Assembly: GCA_965648905.1 (NCBI GenBank)
Contig: CBFGIT010000007.1
Location: 8,795 to 72,794, forward strand
Source of the DNA: a candidate division WOR-3 bacterium
GTDB lineage: Bacteria > Hydrothermota > Tepidihabitantia > Tepidihabitantales > Tepidihabitantaceae
Length of the DNA: 64,000 nucleotides
Direction of reading: 5' to 3'
A model generated the notes under the pieces. The model made no database searches and had not been told where the DNA came from. It worked only from the letters and a program-made list of their open reading frames with translations. Of this stretch, positions 8,906 through 18,638 are shown one piece after another. Position 1 is the stretch's first letter. Each line of letters opens with the position of its first letter. The position numbers were made by a program, and so were the translations under genes.

Positions 8906-10423
8906 TCAAGGCCCGCGGCCCTGCGGCCGGTTTACCATCAGGATGAAGAACTGGGGGAAGTCGGTCTGGTGCACGAACCGGAACAGGTGCGGGTCGTCGG
9001 CCAGCACCGGATTGAGAAAATGCCGAGCGGTCTCGGTCCAGCGGAAGTTGTCGAACAGAATGTAGTCCGCAGCCAGTATCGCCTGGCGGACGCGGGTTCG
9101 GTCGTTGGTGAACGGGTAGCAGAAGGCCTGGCGGCCGGAGAGCAGGTAGACGAACTCGGGCTTGCGTGCCAGCACGACCGCGTCGGGGCTGGTGTTGCTC
9201 TCCAGCCAAGCGATGCACTCGAAGTACCGGCGCCAGTCCGGAGAGTAGCCGGCCAGCCGGTCGCCGTGCCGGTACGCGAGGTTATCGCGTACCGATCGGA
9301 CCGCCTGGTGCCCGAGCGTAACTGCGTTCAGCGCGACAAACCCGAAGAGCACGAACGTAGCGAGGTGCGGACGTCTGAGGCGCTGTTCAATCCCAGTCAG
9401 CCCGCGGGCGATGAAAACAACCACGAGGGGCAGAAACGGGACCAGAAGCCGCTCGTCGGACCACACCTCAGGCCAGAAGACAAGCATCAGGCCGGCGCAT
9501 CCGGCAAAGGCCTCGACCGCGCCGGGACGCTGCCGGTGCAGCGCGGCACCGAGTACGGTCAAGAGCGCAAGCGCGGCCCCGACCACGAAAGAAACCGGTC
9601 GGGCCGAGGCCAGAGGCAGGATTGTTCCGGGCAGAACCGTGAAGGCGTAGTGGAGGAAGTTCCGGCTGGCGCGCAAGGCAAGGTCCCAGACGCCGACTCG
9701 TCCGAACTCGGCCACATAGGGGTCACGGGCAAGGAGCTGGTTCAAGTAGAGACTGCCGTCTCCGGCCAGGCCCGTTCGCCCCAGCCACAATCCGACCAGC
9801 GCGGCCGACGTCAGGCCGAACCCAGCCAGCGCGAGCCAGCGCCGTCGGACCAGGAACACGAGCAGGACCGCAAGCACCAGAGCAATGCCGGCAGCGCGGA
9901 GCGTGAGCGCGGCCAGTGCCAGCCCCAGGCCGGGCAGGAGCGTACGCGCCGGCCTGGACTCGGAACGGTGGAGAAAGTACAGCGCCGCGGTCGACACGGC
10001 GAGGAAAGGTATTTCGGTCAGTATCCAATGGTTGTACGTAATAACTGCCGGAATCGAAAGGACGAACCAGGCAGCAGGATGCGCCTGTCGGCCGAGCAAC
10101 CGCTCGAACAGGAGCCAGATGAAGACCAAGGCGGCGAGTCCGAACAGCACGACCACGAGCTTGGCTGCGACCGGGCTGGGGCCGAAACTCATCTGCTCCA
10201 GGGCGAGCAGCGCCGGGAACCCGGGCGGGTAGTCAGTGTGTGGAGGCGTGCCGGGCAGGTGCAGATTGACGTAGCCCCGGCCGGTCGCAATCGCGCGGGC
10301 CAGAATCAGGTAAACCGCATTGTCGCCGCCGGTGTGGAGCTTGGGGTCAAAGAGCAGGGCCGATAGTAGAGCACTAACTGCCAGATAGAGCGGCAGTCGG
10401 TCCGGGCGCAACGCACGCAGCAT
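8906..10423 (-). CDS. GT-C (GT39/ArnT-like) membrane glycosyltransferase
   Basis: GGDNAVY..LARAI, YPPGFPALLA, ILTEIPF, many TM segments. Confidence 0.75.
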   Translation of the reverse strand: MLRALRPDRLPLYLAVSALLSALLFDPKLHTGGDNAVYLILARAIATGRGYVNLHLPGTPPHTDYPPGFPALLALEQMSFGPSPVAAKLVVVLFGLAALVFIWLLFERLLGRQAHPAAWFVLSIPAVITYNHWILTEIPFLAVSTAALYFLHRSESRPARTLLPGLGLALAALTLRAAGIALVLAVLLVFLVRRRWLALAGFGLTSAALVGLWLGRTGLAGDGSLYLNQLLARDPYVAEFGRVGVWDLALRASRNFLHYAFTVLPGTILPLASARPVSFVVGAALALLTVLGAALHRQRPGAVEAFAGCAGLMLVFWPEVWSDERLLVPFLPLVVVFIARGLTGIEQRLRRPHLATFVLFGFVALNAVTLGHQAVRSVRDNLAYRHGDRLAGYSPDWRRYFECIAWLESNTSPDAVVLARKPEFVYLLSGRQAFCYPFTNDRTRVRQAILAADYILFDNFRWTETARHFLNPVLADDPHLFRFVHQTDFPQFFILMVNRPQGRGP

Positions 10424-10523
10424 CGGTCAATCGTAGGGTTCCCGGGCGACATGTCAACCCTCGACCAGTCCAGACACCATCGGGTAGCATTGACTTTGCT
10501 CGATTCGCTTCTAACATTGGCCC

Positions 10524-12743
10524 GTGTTGTGTGTGCTGCTCGCGCTCCTCGCGCAGGTTCCGGCCGACAGTGTGGTCGGTGATACCGCCGCGCCAGACGT
10601 GGTCTTCTACGGCGGTAAGAACGTCGTCTTCCACGCCAAGCGGGAGGAGGTCGTGCTCCGCGACTCGGCCTGGGTGCGCTACGGTGCGATGACAGTCTAC
10701 TCTGATTCCATCTTCTACGACGTGAAGCGCCATCGGCTCTCCGCATACCAGGACGTGCTGTTCGTCTCCGGCACCGAGAACATCACCGGCACGATGCTCG
10801 TCTACGACGTTGACTCGCGCAAGGGCATGATGAGAACAGCCCGGACTGCGGTCGAGAACGGGTTCTTTCGGGCCAGTGAAGTCTGGCTCGTGCGGGAGCG
10901 CGTGCTCCACGCCCGGGGTGGAACCTATACGACCTGCGACCACGAGCATCCGCACTACGTCTTTTTCGGCCCGCGCGTCAAGCTGCTGATGGACGATATC
11001 GCGGTGGTCGAGCCGGTCGTGTTCAAGGTCGGTCCGGTTCCTCTGCTGGCGGCACCGTTCTGGCTGGTTCCGGTTGCGTCGAAACGGAAGTCCGGACTGA
11101 TGCCCTTCAAGGTCGGCAGCTCCTCGACCGAGGGGCTCTATTCCAAGAACATGGCCTACTACTGGGTTATCAACGACTATTCTGACATGACGTTCTATGC
11201 CGACCTGATGACCCGAAGCGGGCTGCAGTTGCGCGGCGAGGGCATCTACGTCGTCAACCCCTATGCCGTGGGCAACCTGACCGGAGCGTACCTGCGCGAA
11301 TGGGGCACGAGCCGCACCCGCTACAGCATCAACGGGTTTCATCGCTCCAGCCGGTTCCTGTTCGGCACCGAACTCGACGCCAAGGCCGATTTCGTTTCAG
11401 ACCGAACCTATGTACCGGACTACAGTGAGGAGCGGCTCGACTGGCTCAAACAGGACGTGTTCTCCTATGCCCGACTGGCCCGACGTATCCGGCGGGTCGG
11501 CAGCTTCTCGGCTCAGGCCGAGCGGTACGTTGACTTCACGCGCCATCGGCGCTACGAAGTCCTGCCGTCGGTCCGGGTCGGGCTGGGCACGAGGCCGCTC
11601 GGCGCAGGCTGGACTTATGGCCCGGGTCTGTCTTACACCGGCCGGGCAGACATCCTGTCCGACTCGGCCGGGGCGGACACTCTGCGCGACCACGCGCGCC
11701 AGGGTGGCGCCGACCTGAACGTCTCGAGCCCGCAGTACTCGCTGGGCGAGTTTGCCAGCCTGAGTTTCAACGACGGCATCGGGCTGTTCGAACGACGTTC
11801 GTGGCGGAACGGCATGCTCAAGGACCGCTCGCGGAGCATCACGAACTCAGCCGGCCTGACCACAAGCCAGCGGGTCCGGGGCGTGTTTGACCTAAGTCAG
11901 GGGCTGAATCTGAGTCAGACCGACAACCTCTACGACACCGTGCCGACCGAGTGCCGCTACTCGGCAACCGCCGACGTCCGCACCACGCTCTACCGAGTCT
12001 TCTCGACCACCGCCTTCAACATGCGCGGTCTGCTCCATACCGTCATCCCCAGTGCCGGGCTGTCCTATCTGCCCGAGGTCGAGCCGGGCGGCGTATTCGG
12101 CCGACCCCGGTTTGCGGTTCCGGCCCAAGGCACCGGCCTGCGCTTCAACGTCGCCAACACTTTTCAGGGCAAGTTCGACACCCTGGGCATGAAGCGCGAC
12201 CTGGGCTCGGTCAACCTGGGCTCAGGTTACAACCTTATCTCGAAACAGATCAACCCGCTCGACGTGAACGCTGCGATTCAGCCTGTGCAGGGAACGCGCC
12301 TCACGCTCAACATCGATGCCCAGGCTTCCTGGAAGCTCGACTCGCTTCCCCGGCCCCGCAACTACGCACTTGCGACCGCGTTCTACTGGAACGGATTTGC
12401 CACCGACACCGCCCACCACCGGGACCAGGGCGTGCAGCTCGGACTGCGCCACACCCTGGGCGGCAGCTCGGGCAGCGCGGCGTACAACATGGTGACGGCC
12501 AGCGCGGCCGTGGCCGCGTTCGGCTGGAAGCTCACCCTGAACGACTTCGGATACAACTTCCAGGCCCGGCAACTGGCGAACTACAGCTTCACGCTCTGGC
12601 GCGACCTTCACTGCTGGGAGGCGATTGTCAACCTGCAGAAACTCGGACCGAAGTGGAACTACGACTTCGAGATGCGCATCAAGAAACTGCCTGACGTCCG
12701 GTTCGGCAAGTCGCTCTTCCGCGGGATTCTGCCCGGCTCATGA
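10524..12743 (+). CDS. lptD: LPS-assembly protein LptD-like
   Basis: Signal peptide, OstA-like N-terminus, YTTCDHEHPHY, RKSGLMP, C-terminal RDLHCWE. Confidence 0.85.
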   Translation: MLCVLLALLAQVPADSVVGDTAAPDVVFYGGKNVVFHAKREEVVLRDSAWVRYGAMTVYSDSIFYDVKRHRLSAYQDVLFVSGTENITGTMLVYDVDSRKGMMRTARTAVENGFFRASEVWLVRERVLHARGGTYTTCDHEHPHYVFFGPRVKLLMDDIAVVEPVVFKVGPVPLLAAPFWLVPVASKRKSGLMPFKVGSSSTEGLYSKNMAYYWVINDYSDMTFYADLMTRSGLQLRGEGIYVVNPYAVGNLTGAYLREWGTSRTRYSINGFHRSSRFLFGTELDAKADFVSDRTYVPDYSEERLDWLKQDVFSYARLARRIRRVGSFSAQAERYVDFTRHRRYEVLPSVRVGLGTRPLGAGWTYGPGLSYTGRADILSDSAGADTLRDHARQGGADLNVSSPQYSLGEFASLSFNDGIGLFERRSWRNGMLKDRSRSITNSAGLTTSQRVRGVFDLSQGLNLSQTDNLYDTVPTECRYSATADVRTTLYRVFSTTAFNMRGLLHTVIPSAGLSYLPEVEPGGVFGRPRFAVPAQGTGLRFNVANTFQGKFDTLGMKRDLGSVNLGSGYNLISKQINPLDVNAAIQPVQGTRLTLNIDAQASWKLDSLPRPRNYALATAFYWNGFATDTAHHRDQGVQLGLRHTLGGSSGSAAYNMVTASAAVAAFGWKLTLNDFGYNFQARQLANYSFTLWRDLHCWEAIVNLQKLGPKWNYDFEMRIKKLPDVRFGKSLFRGILPGS

Positions 12744-13342
12744 TGCTCTACCTTGCCTCGGTCTCGCCCCGACGACAGGAGCTGCTTTCCCGGCTCGGCC
12801 TAAGGTTTCATCAACTTGAGCCGGCGGTCTGTGAAGAGGAGCTGCTCGCCCGGATCGGACACAGTGACCCGGCCCGATTTGCCCGGACCGCGGCCCGGGC
12901 CAAAGCCTGGTCGGTTCTTGGTCGGGTCCGGAAAGGGCTGATCATCGGCGTGGATACGGTCGTGGTCGTTCGTGGCACGATTCTGGGCAAACCCCGGACC
13001 AGAGCCGACGCCCGTCAGATGCTTGGTCTACTCTCGGGACGCGCGCACCGCGTCATCTCCGGCGTCGCGGTCGTGCGCCGGCCGGATAACCGAACCTTCA
13101 CCGGGATCGAGACGACGCGGGTGCAGTTCCGAAAGCTCGGGGCCGGGGAAATCAAGCGCTACATCGCGACCCCGGAACCGTATGACAAGGCCGGCGCATA
13201 CGGCATTCAGGAAGGCGCGGGTGTATTTGTCTCGCGCGTGAACGGTTGCTGGCTCAATGTCGTCGGCCTGCCGGTCACGCTACTGCTCAAGCTGCTCGGT
13301 CGAGCCGGCTACCGACTGATGCGCAGCACGCGTATCCAGTAG
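12740..13342 (+). CDS. maf: Maf nucleotide pyrophosphatase
   Basis: LASVSPRRQELL, DTVVV, LGKP, DKAGAYGIQ, NVVGLP. Confidence 0.95.
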   Translation: MMLYLASVSPRRQELLSRLGLRFHQLEPAVCEEELLARIGHSDPARFARTAARAKAWSVLGRVRKGLIIGVDTVVVVRGTILGKPRTRADARQMLGLLSGRAHRVISGVAVVRRPDNRTFTGIETTRVQFRKLGAGEIKRYIATPEPYDKAGAYGIQEGAGVFVSRVNGCWLNVVGLPVTLLLKLLGRAGYRLMRSTRIQ

Positions 13343-13983
13343 TTGTAGTCGGCAGTGTTGTCGGTGTTGTCAATCACAACCCGATACCGGCCGGTGGCCG
13401 GAACCACAACCGAGAAGGTATCGGCCCGATAGGCAATCCGCCGGAGCAGCGGATGGGCCGCCCCACCGTTTGCCCACTGCTGGAAGTTAGGTTCGTCCAT
13501 CACCATCAGATAGGTTGAACCAGACGTATCAGCCACGGTTCGGGCGGTCCCGGCCAAGGTGTGGCCGACCCGGGCCGTGTCGACCCAGCTTGTGAACTGA
13601 CCGGCCTTGACCGCGCCGTCCCACCACGGAACAAACACGGTTGTGTCACGCATGACGACGACCCGCAGGCTCTCCGCGCTGGCAACGTCCTGGCTGTCTT
13701 TGACGACCACGCCCAGCCAGGCCGTATCAGAAGAATCCGGGCTGAACCACTGCACCAGCCGACCGGTATCTGCGGTGACCCGGCCGCGCGTTGCGATCCA
13801 CTTGTAGTACAACCTGCCACCCTCCGGGTCATACGCCTCGACCCGGTACTCGGCGCTGTCCCGGGCGCTCACGTGGCGCGGCCCGTCGAGCGAAGCGACG
13901 ACCGGGGCCTGATTCGGCCCGCGGGTGCATGCCAGTAGTGCCACTACCGACAACAAGCCGGAACGGAAGGACAGATAACGCAC
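13309..13983 (-). CDS. hypothetical lipoprotein with Ig-like N-terminal domain
   Basis: Lipobox LLAC followed by NQAPVV...AYDPEG..L.Y.W. Confidence 0.65.
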   Translation of the reverse strand: MRYLSFRSGLLSVVALLACTRGPNQAPVVASLDGPRHVSARDSAEYRVEAYDPEGGRLYYKWIATRGRVTADTGRLVQWFSPDSSDTAWLGVVVKDSQDVASAESLRVVVMRDTTVFVPWWDGAVKAGQFTSWVDTARVGHTLAGTARTVADTSGSTYLMVMDEPNFQQWANGGAAHPLLRRIAYRADTFSVVVPATGRYRVVIDNTDNTADYNYWIRVLRISR

Positions 13984-14090
13984 GCTGCCGTAGTTCTACC
14001 GCGGCTTCTGCCTGCTGTCAAGTCAGCGCGTTGCCCGGAATCTACTGACGTAACCTCGGCAGCACCTTGCTGCTGCCCTGAAATCAGCAC

Positions 14091-14118
14091 TTGACCCAGC
14101 GCCAGTTCTTGCTACCAT
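14091..14118 (+). promoter_or_regulatory. lexA promoter
   Basis: TTGACC-N16-TACCAT with extended TG. Confidence 0.65.
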
Positions 14119-14134
14119 GTAAACATATGTTTAC
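14119..14134. promoter_or_regulatory. candidate LexA operator (SOS box)
   Basis: Perfect palindrome GTAAACATATGTTTAC covering the predicted TSS and lexA ATG. Confidence 0.7.
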
Positions 14135-14720
14135 TAAAACTAAAGACCGTCGGGTTAAGATATTGGAGTTCGTCCGACGTTATATTGAAGAACACGGCTT
14201 TGCTCCGAGCGTCCGGGAGATCGGTTCATCAGTCGGCATCAAAAGCACCAAGGCGGTAAAGTATCACCTGGACATTCTGGTGAATGAAGGTCTGCTCCAA
14301 CGCACCAACCGCCAGGCGCGTACCCTGCGCACATCACACCAACCCGATGCCCTGCCCCTGCTCGGCCGCATCGCTGCCGGCACGCCGCTTCTGGCAGTCG
14401 AGAATGTCGAAGCTCAGATTTCGCTGAACCAGTTCCGCGATTGCTTCCTGCTCAGAGTCAAGGGCAACAGTATGAGCGGCGCCGGTATCCTGGACGGCGA
14501 CATGGTCATGATCCGACCCCAGTCTGCTGCCCGCGACGGTGAAATCATCGCTGCCCTGCTCGACAACGAAGCTACGGTCAAACGATTCCGCCAGACTCGA
14601 CAGAGCATCGTTCTTGAACCGGCTAATCCTGATTTTGAGCCGATTGTCGTTGATACGACGCGCTGCGACTTCCGGGTCATCGGCGTCGTAGCCGGGCTGC
14701 TGCGTAATTACAACAAGTAG
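14127..14720 (+). CDS. lexA: SOS repressor LexA
   Basis: PSVREI winged HTH, Ala-Gly cleavage site RIAAG, catalytic Ser (GNSM) and Lys (ATVKR). Confidence 0.96.
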   Translation: MFTKTKDRRVKILEFVRRYIEEHGFAPSVREIGSSVGIKSTKAVKYHLDILVNEGLLQRTNRQARTLRTSHQPDALPLLGRIAAGTPLLAVENVEAQISLNQFRDCFLLRVKGNSMSGAGILDGDMVMIRPQSAARDGEIIAALLDNEATVKRFRQTRQSIVLEPANPDFEPIVVDTTRCDFRVIGVVAGLLRNYNK

Positions 14721-14798
14721 GAGAGCGACCGTGAACCATGCCCAACAGCAACGATTCAGAAACCAGCCGACAAGAACGGAGAAAAGCCGGAGGACAGA

Positions 14799-15071
14799 AT
14801 GACCCATCTCCGCCTTAATGAACACGTCAAGGTCTACGCCTTGTACAAAGAGACCGGCAACGACCGGTTCCCGCACGACAAGCTGAAACCGGTGATGTTC
14901 ATCTGGCGTAACCAGGAATACCGGGTCCAGGACGTCACCTATGTCTGGCGCGAGAATCAGGGCCAGGCCGATGTCTATCATTTTACCGTCTCGGACGGCA
15001 CCAACGTCTTCGAGCTCTGTTACAACGCCAAAGACCTCGAGTGGACCATTGCCGGAACCTATAGCGGATAA
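14799..15071 (+). CDS. small DUF6504-like protein (resembles ImuB C-terminal domain)
   Basis: P..FIWRNQEYRV..V...W......HFTV..G...FEL.Y.....W pattern; SD GGAGG. Confidence 0.65.
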   Translation: MTHLRLNEHVKVYALYKETGNDRFPHDKLKPVMFIWRNQEYRVQDVTYVWRENQGQADVYHFTVSDGTNVFELCYNAKDLEWTIAGTYSG

Positions 15072-15077
15072 CGCCTG

Positions 15078-16310
15078 ATGACCGGCCGCGAGCGCACGGT
15101 GTTACACGTCGATATGGACGCCTTCTTCGCTTCGGTCGAGCAGCAGGTTTTCCCATTTCTGCGCGGCAAGCCCATCGGTGTGTGCGGAGACCCGGGCGGC
15201 CGCACGGTCATCGCCGCAGCTTCCTACGAGGCCAAACGTCGTGGTGTCAAAACCGCCATGACCATTCCCGAGGCAAAGAAACTCTGCCCGGAAATCATCC
15301 TCGTACCCGGCAACCCGGCGCGGTACGTCGACACATCAACCCGCATCCTTGCGTACTACATCACTTATACCGACTTAGTCGAAGTCTTCTCCGTCGACGA
15401 GGCATTCCTTGATGTCACCCACACCGCGCACCTGTTCGGCGGTCCAGAAAACATCGCTCATAATATCAAGACCTGGCTCAAAACGGAGTTCGGCTTGACT
15501 TGCTCTATTGGCATCGCACCCAACAAACTGCTGGCCAAACTGGTCGGCGACATGCACAAACCTGACGGTCTGACCGTAGTCCGGCAGTCAGAGGTTGCGG
15601 CGCTGCTTAGAGACCTGCCGGTACGGGAACTGTGCGGTATCGGCGGGAGAACCGAAGCTCGGCTGGCACAGCTCGGCATCAGAACCTGTGGCGAACTGGG
15701 CCGCCACGACGAGAAGGCCCTGGTCGCGGTCTTCGGCATCAACGGCTCGCGCCTGAAACGCATGGGCCAGGGAGTGGACGAAAGTCCGGTCATGCCCTAT
15801 CACCACGAACCCGCCACCAAGTCAATGGGCCATTCCATGACCCTGGAGCGCGACACCAGGGACATGGCGGTCATCCAGCGCCACCTGCTGCAGTTGTCGG
15901 AGCAGGTTGGTCGTCGCCTGCGCAAGGATAACTATGCCGGCCGCACGGTTTCGCTCGTGCTGCGCTACGCCGACTTCTCGACCTTTATCAAGCAACACAG
16001 CCTGTCCGGCTACCTGGACGATGGTCACCGCATCTACCAGGTGGGGCTGAAGCTCTTCGGCGAGCTTTACAAACCGCCCCGGCTCATTCGCCTCTTGGGT
16101 ATCAGCGTTTCCGGCCTAGTCCGGGAACTCAAACACGAAGCGATGTTTACGGACCAGCGGTCGGGCTCGCTTTTCGATTCGGTCGACGCCATCAACAGCC
16201 GCTACGGTGAGTTCTCGGTCGCCCGGGCAAAGCTCCAGGAACGCAGCCGCGTGCCGCGAGTGATTTCACCGTCATGGCGACCGGGTGCACCAACACCGGG
16301 CGCCCGGTGA
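15078..16310 (+). CDS. dinB: Y-family DNA polymerase IV
   Basis: HVDMDAFFASVEQ, AASYEAK, SVDEAFLD, APNKLLAK, KPDG. Confidence 0.95.
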   Translation: MTGRERTVLHVDMDAFFASVEQQVFPFLRGKPIGVCGDPGGRTVIAAASYEAKRRGVKTAMTIPEAKKLCPEIILVPGNPARYVDTSTRILAYYITYTDLVEVFSVDEAFLDVTHTAHLFGGPENIAHNIKTWLKTEFGLTCSIGIAPNKLLAKLVGDMHKPDGLTVVRQSEVAALLRDLPVRELCGIGGRTEARLAQLGIRTCGELGRHDEKALVAVFGINGSRLKRMGQGVDESPVMPYHHEPATKSMGHSMTLERDTRDMAVIQRHLLQLSEQVGRRLRKDNYAGRTVSLVLRYADFSTFIKQHSLSGYLDDGHRIYQVGLKLFGELYKPPRLIRLLGISVSGLVRELKHEAMFTDQRSGSLFDSVDAINSRYGEFSVARAKLQERSRVPRVISPSWRPGAPTPGAR

Positions 16311-16314
16311 AAAC

Positions 16315-16339
16315 AGAGGGGCGGCAGAGCCGCCCCTCT
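16315..16339. terminator. probable intrinsic terminator between convergent genes
   Basis: 11-bp stem AGAGGGGCGGC-AGA-GCCGCCCCTCT. Confidence 0.7.
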
Positions 16340-16357
16340 AGGCCGTGAACTAGTCGC

Positions 16358-18370
16358 TCATCTCGGCGGAACGTGGACCTCGCCGCTTGGGCAGTCGTAG
16401 AACGTGTTGTTCGCCCGCAGCTCAGCCGGGGAAGGATAGACATCACCATCAAGGTAGATGCCCCAGTTCGCGCTGTGCCCGATACTGCATCCGGTCACGG
16501 TCGGCGTACAGTCGTAGATGTAGATGTTACCGTAGTCATCACCACCAGCATACTCGACCTTGCAGTTCTTCAACTGACACTGGCTGCTGATCGACTGAGA
16601 GTAGAACGACAGCCGTTTCCAGTCACCGGCGGAAGCCGGTTCGACCGAACTCGTGAAGGTAATCTGGCCGGCCGTGCCATCGGCAAACAGGGCGCCCGGA
16701 GCAGAGTAGCCGACGTAGAACTCTGTCCGCGGGGTCATCTTCACGGTTGTCCCCGGCGCAATCGTCAGCTTGGGATTGCTGGTCGCGTCGGAAACGTAGG
16801 CGTTGCCATCAACCACATAGGGCACGTTGTGGTTCAACCATGTGCCTGTCGTCTTGATGTTTCCGCCGTCAACCAGGATGCCGTTCTTGGTGTTGCCGGT
16901 CAGCACGTTGCCAGGCCCCAGTGTCCACACCTTGTCGGCCTCGATGCCAATCGGATACTCCCCTGAGGTTGTAATGGCATTGCTGCTGAAGTCATCAAAG
17001 TAACCGTCTTCGTCGACGAAGATACCGTACTTCGCGTTCTTTCGCACCGTGCAGTTGTCCATCTTGATGTGGCAGCCGTGAACGTACACCGCTCCTTGGG
17101 TGCTGGAACCGCCTGCCCGCTCAATGATGCAGTAACTGAGCCGGGCGTTCGAGATCGTCTGGTTATAGAAGCTGAGTGCTTCCCAGATTCCGGCCACCGT
17201 GTCGGTCAGTCCGGTGAACGTAATCGGCGAGCTCGCGGTCCCGACGGCGATGATTGACCCAGGCGAGTTGTAGCCGCAGTAGAACTCAACGCCCGGATTC
17301 ATCGAGACCGTAACTCCAGCGCTGATGGTGAGCGTCGCATCATCCCGCACATAGGCGTCGCCCCTGACCACGTAGGGCACGCCATGATTCAGCCAGGTAC
17401 CGCTCGTTGAAATAGCACCACCGTCCACTTCGATGCCGTCCTTGGTATTGCCGGTCAGGACGTTGCCCGTACCCATGGTTCGGACGAAGTTGGCATCAAT
17501 CCGCACCGGGTACTTCGTACAGCCGGTGATGGTATTGTTGCTGAAGTCGCTGAAGTAGCCGTTATCATCAACATATACACCATAGCCACCGCTCTTGCGA
17601 ATGATGGTATGGTCAAGCCTGATATTGCAGGCCTCGACGAGAACGGCACCATTGTCCCCAGACCCCTTGCCGCCGAACAGCACCTGGCAGTAGCTCATCC
17701 GCGCGGTTGAGATAGTGTTGCTGTAGAACCCGACGTCCTCCCAGAATCCGGGCACGGTGTCAGACAGGGCTGTAAAGGTAATCATCGAATCCGGGGTTCC
17801 GATTGCGATGATCGAACCCGGGTTCGAGTAACCGGTATACAGCTCGGTGCCGGCCGAGAACTTCACGACGCAGCCCGGCTTGATGGTCAGGGTCACGTTG
17901 TTCCCGGTGTAGACATCGCTGTCGATGATATGCGGGTTGCCCGAAGGCCACCAGGTTTCGTCCTGGGGTATCATTCCCGAGTGGTGAGTCGGACCGGTGC
18001 CGCCACCGCCGCCAGCAATGGTGATGGTGACGGCCGCAGACGTTGTCGTGTTTTCGGCCGCATCGTACGCCTTGGCGACAAGCGCATAGCTTGAACCGGG
18101 TACCTGGGCCGCGGTATCAGACCAGGTGTAGCGGAACGTATCGCCCGCTCCACCAACATTGTCCGTGCCCTTAAGAGCGCCGGCAACATAGAACTCCACT
18201 TTGGTCACCGCCTTGTTGTCGGTGGCGACCGCCTTGATGACGATGTCGCCTCGGTTCACGGTCCCCGACGGCGAAACGATTGTAACGGTTGGAGCCTCGG
18301 TATCATTGCCCGGGCAGCCAACCAGCATGACGAGCGCGGCAAGCGCGGTCAGCGTCAGGTGTCTTTTCAC
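16358..18370 (-). CDS. lipoprotein with Ig-like domain and right-handed parallel beta-helix repeats
   Basis: GTG 18370 with SD AAGGAGG, lipobox LVGC, ATDNKAVTKVEFYV Ig domain, three internal repeats (LTIxPG...FYxGY..PG...ITFT...GxW). Confidence 0.8.
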   Translation of the reverse strand: MKRHLTLTALAALVMLVGCPGNDTEAPTVTIVSPSGTVNRGDIVIKAVATDNKAVTKVEFYVAGALKGTDNVGGAGDTFRYTWSDTAAQVPGSSYALVAKAYDAAENTTTSAAVTITIAGGGGGTGPTHHSGMIPQDETWWPSGNPHIIDSDVYTGNNVTLTIKPGCVVKFSAGTELYTGYSNPGSIIAIGTPDSMITFTALSDTVPGFWEDVGFYSNTISTARMSYCQVLFGGKGSGDNGAVLVEACNIRLDHTIIRKSGGYGVYVDDNGYFSDFSNNTITGCTKYPVRIDANFVRTMGTGNVLTGNTKDGIEVDGGAISTSGTWLNHGVPYVVRGDAYVRDDATLTISAGVTVSMNPGVEFYCGYNSPGSIIAVGTASSPITFTGLTDTVAGIWEALSFYNQTISNARLSYCIIERAGGSSTQGAVYVHGCHIKMDNCTVRKNAKYGIFVDEDGYFDDFSSNAITTSGEYPIGIEADKVWTLGPGNVLTGNTKNGILVDGGNIKTTGTWLNHNVPYVVDGNAYVSDATSNPKLTIAPGTTVKMTPRTEFYVGYSAPGALFADGTAGQITFTSSVEPASAGDWKRLSFYSQSISSQCQLKNCKVEYAGGDDYGNIYIYDCTPTVTGCSIGHSANWGIYLDGDVYPSPAELRANNTFYDCPSGEVHVPPR

Positions 18371-18638
18371 GTAGTTCCTCCTTATGGGTTGGATGGCACC
18401 TGTGTCTTTGAAGTCCGGAACGCCGCAGCGTCCGAACCACATCGTCTGCATTGTAGTGCCAACCCGAGCCATTGTCCAGCGCTGCACTCAGCGCTTGAGA
18501 ACGGAACCGGGCCCGGTTCAGCCGACAGCGGGAAGTGTGGCTGGGCTTGCCTGCACCAGCCTGAGACCTGTGATGCTCCGCAAACCTGTCGGCTGAGGCT
18601 TGACTGAGCAACACAAGCGCATATAGTAGACTAGGTTC

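Noticed and set aside
8819..10366. 515-aa plus-strand ORF
   Set aside because: Antisense shadow of the GT-C gene in GC-rich DNA
18400..18600. Possible riboswitch or periodic tract upstream of the beta-helix lipoprotein
   Set aside because: Only one 12-spaced CAGCGCT pair; no recognisable riboswitch consensus
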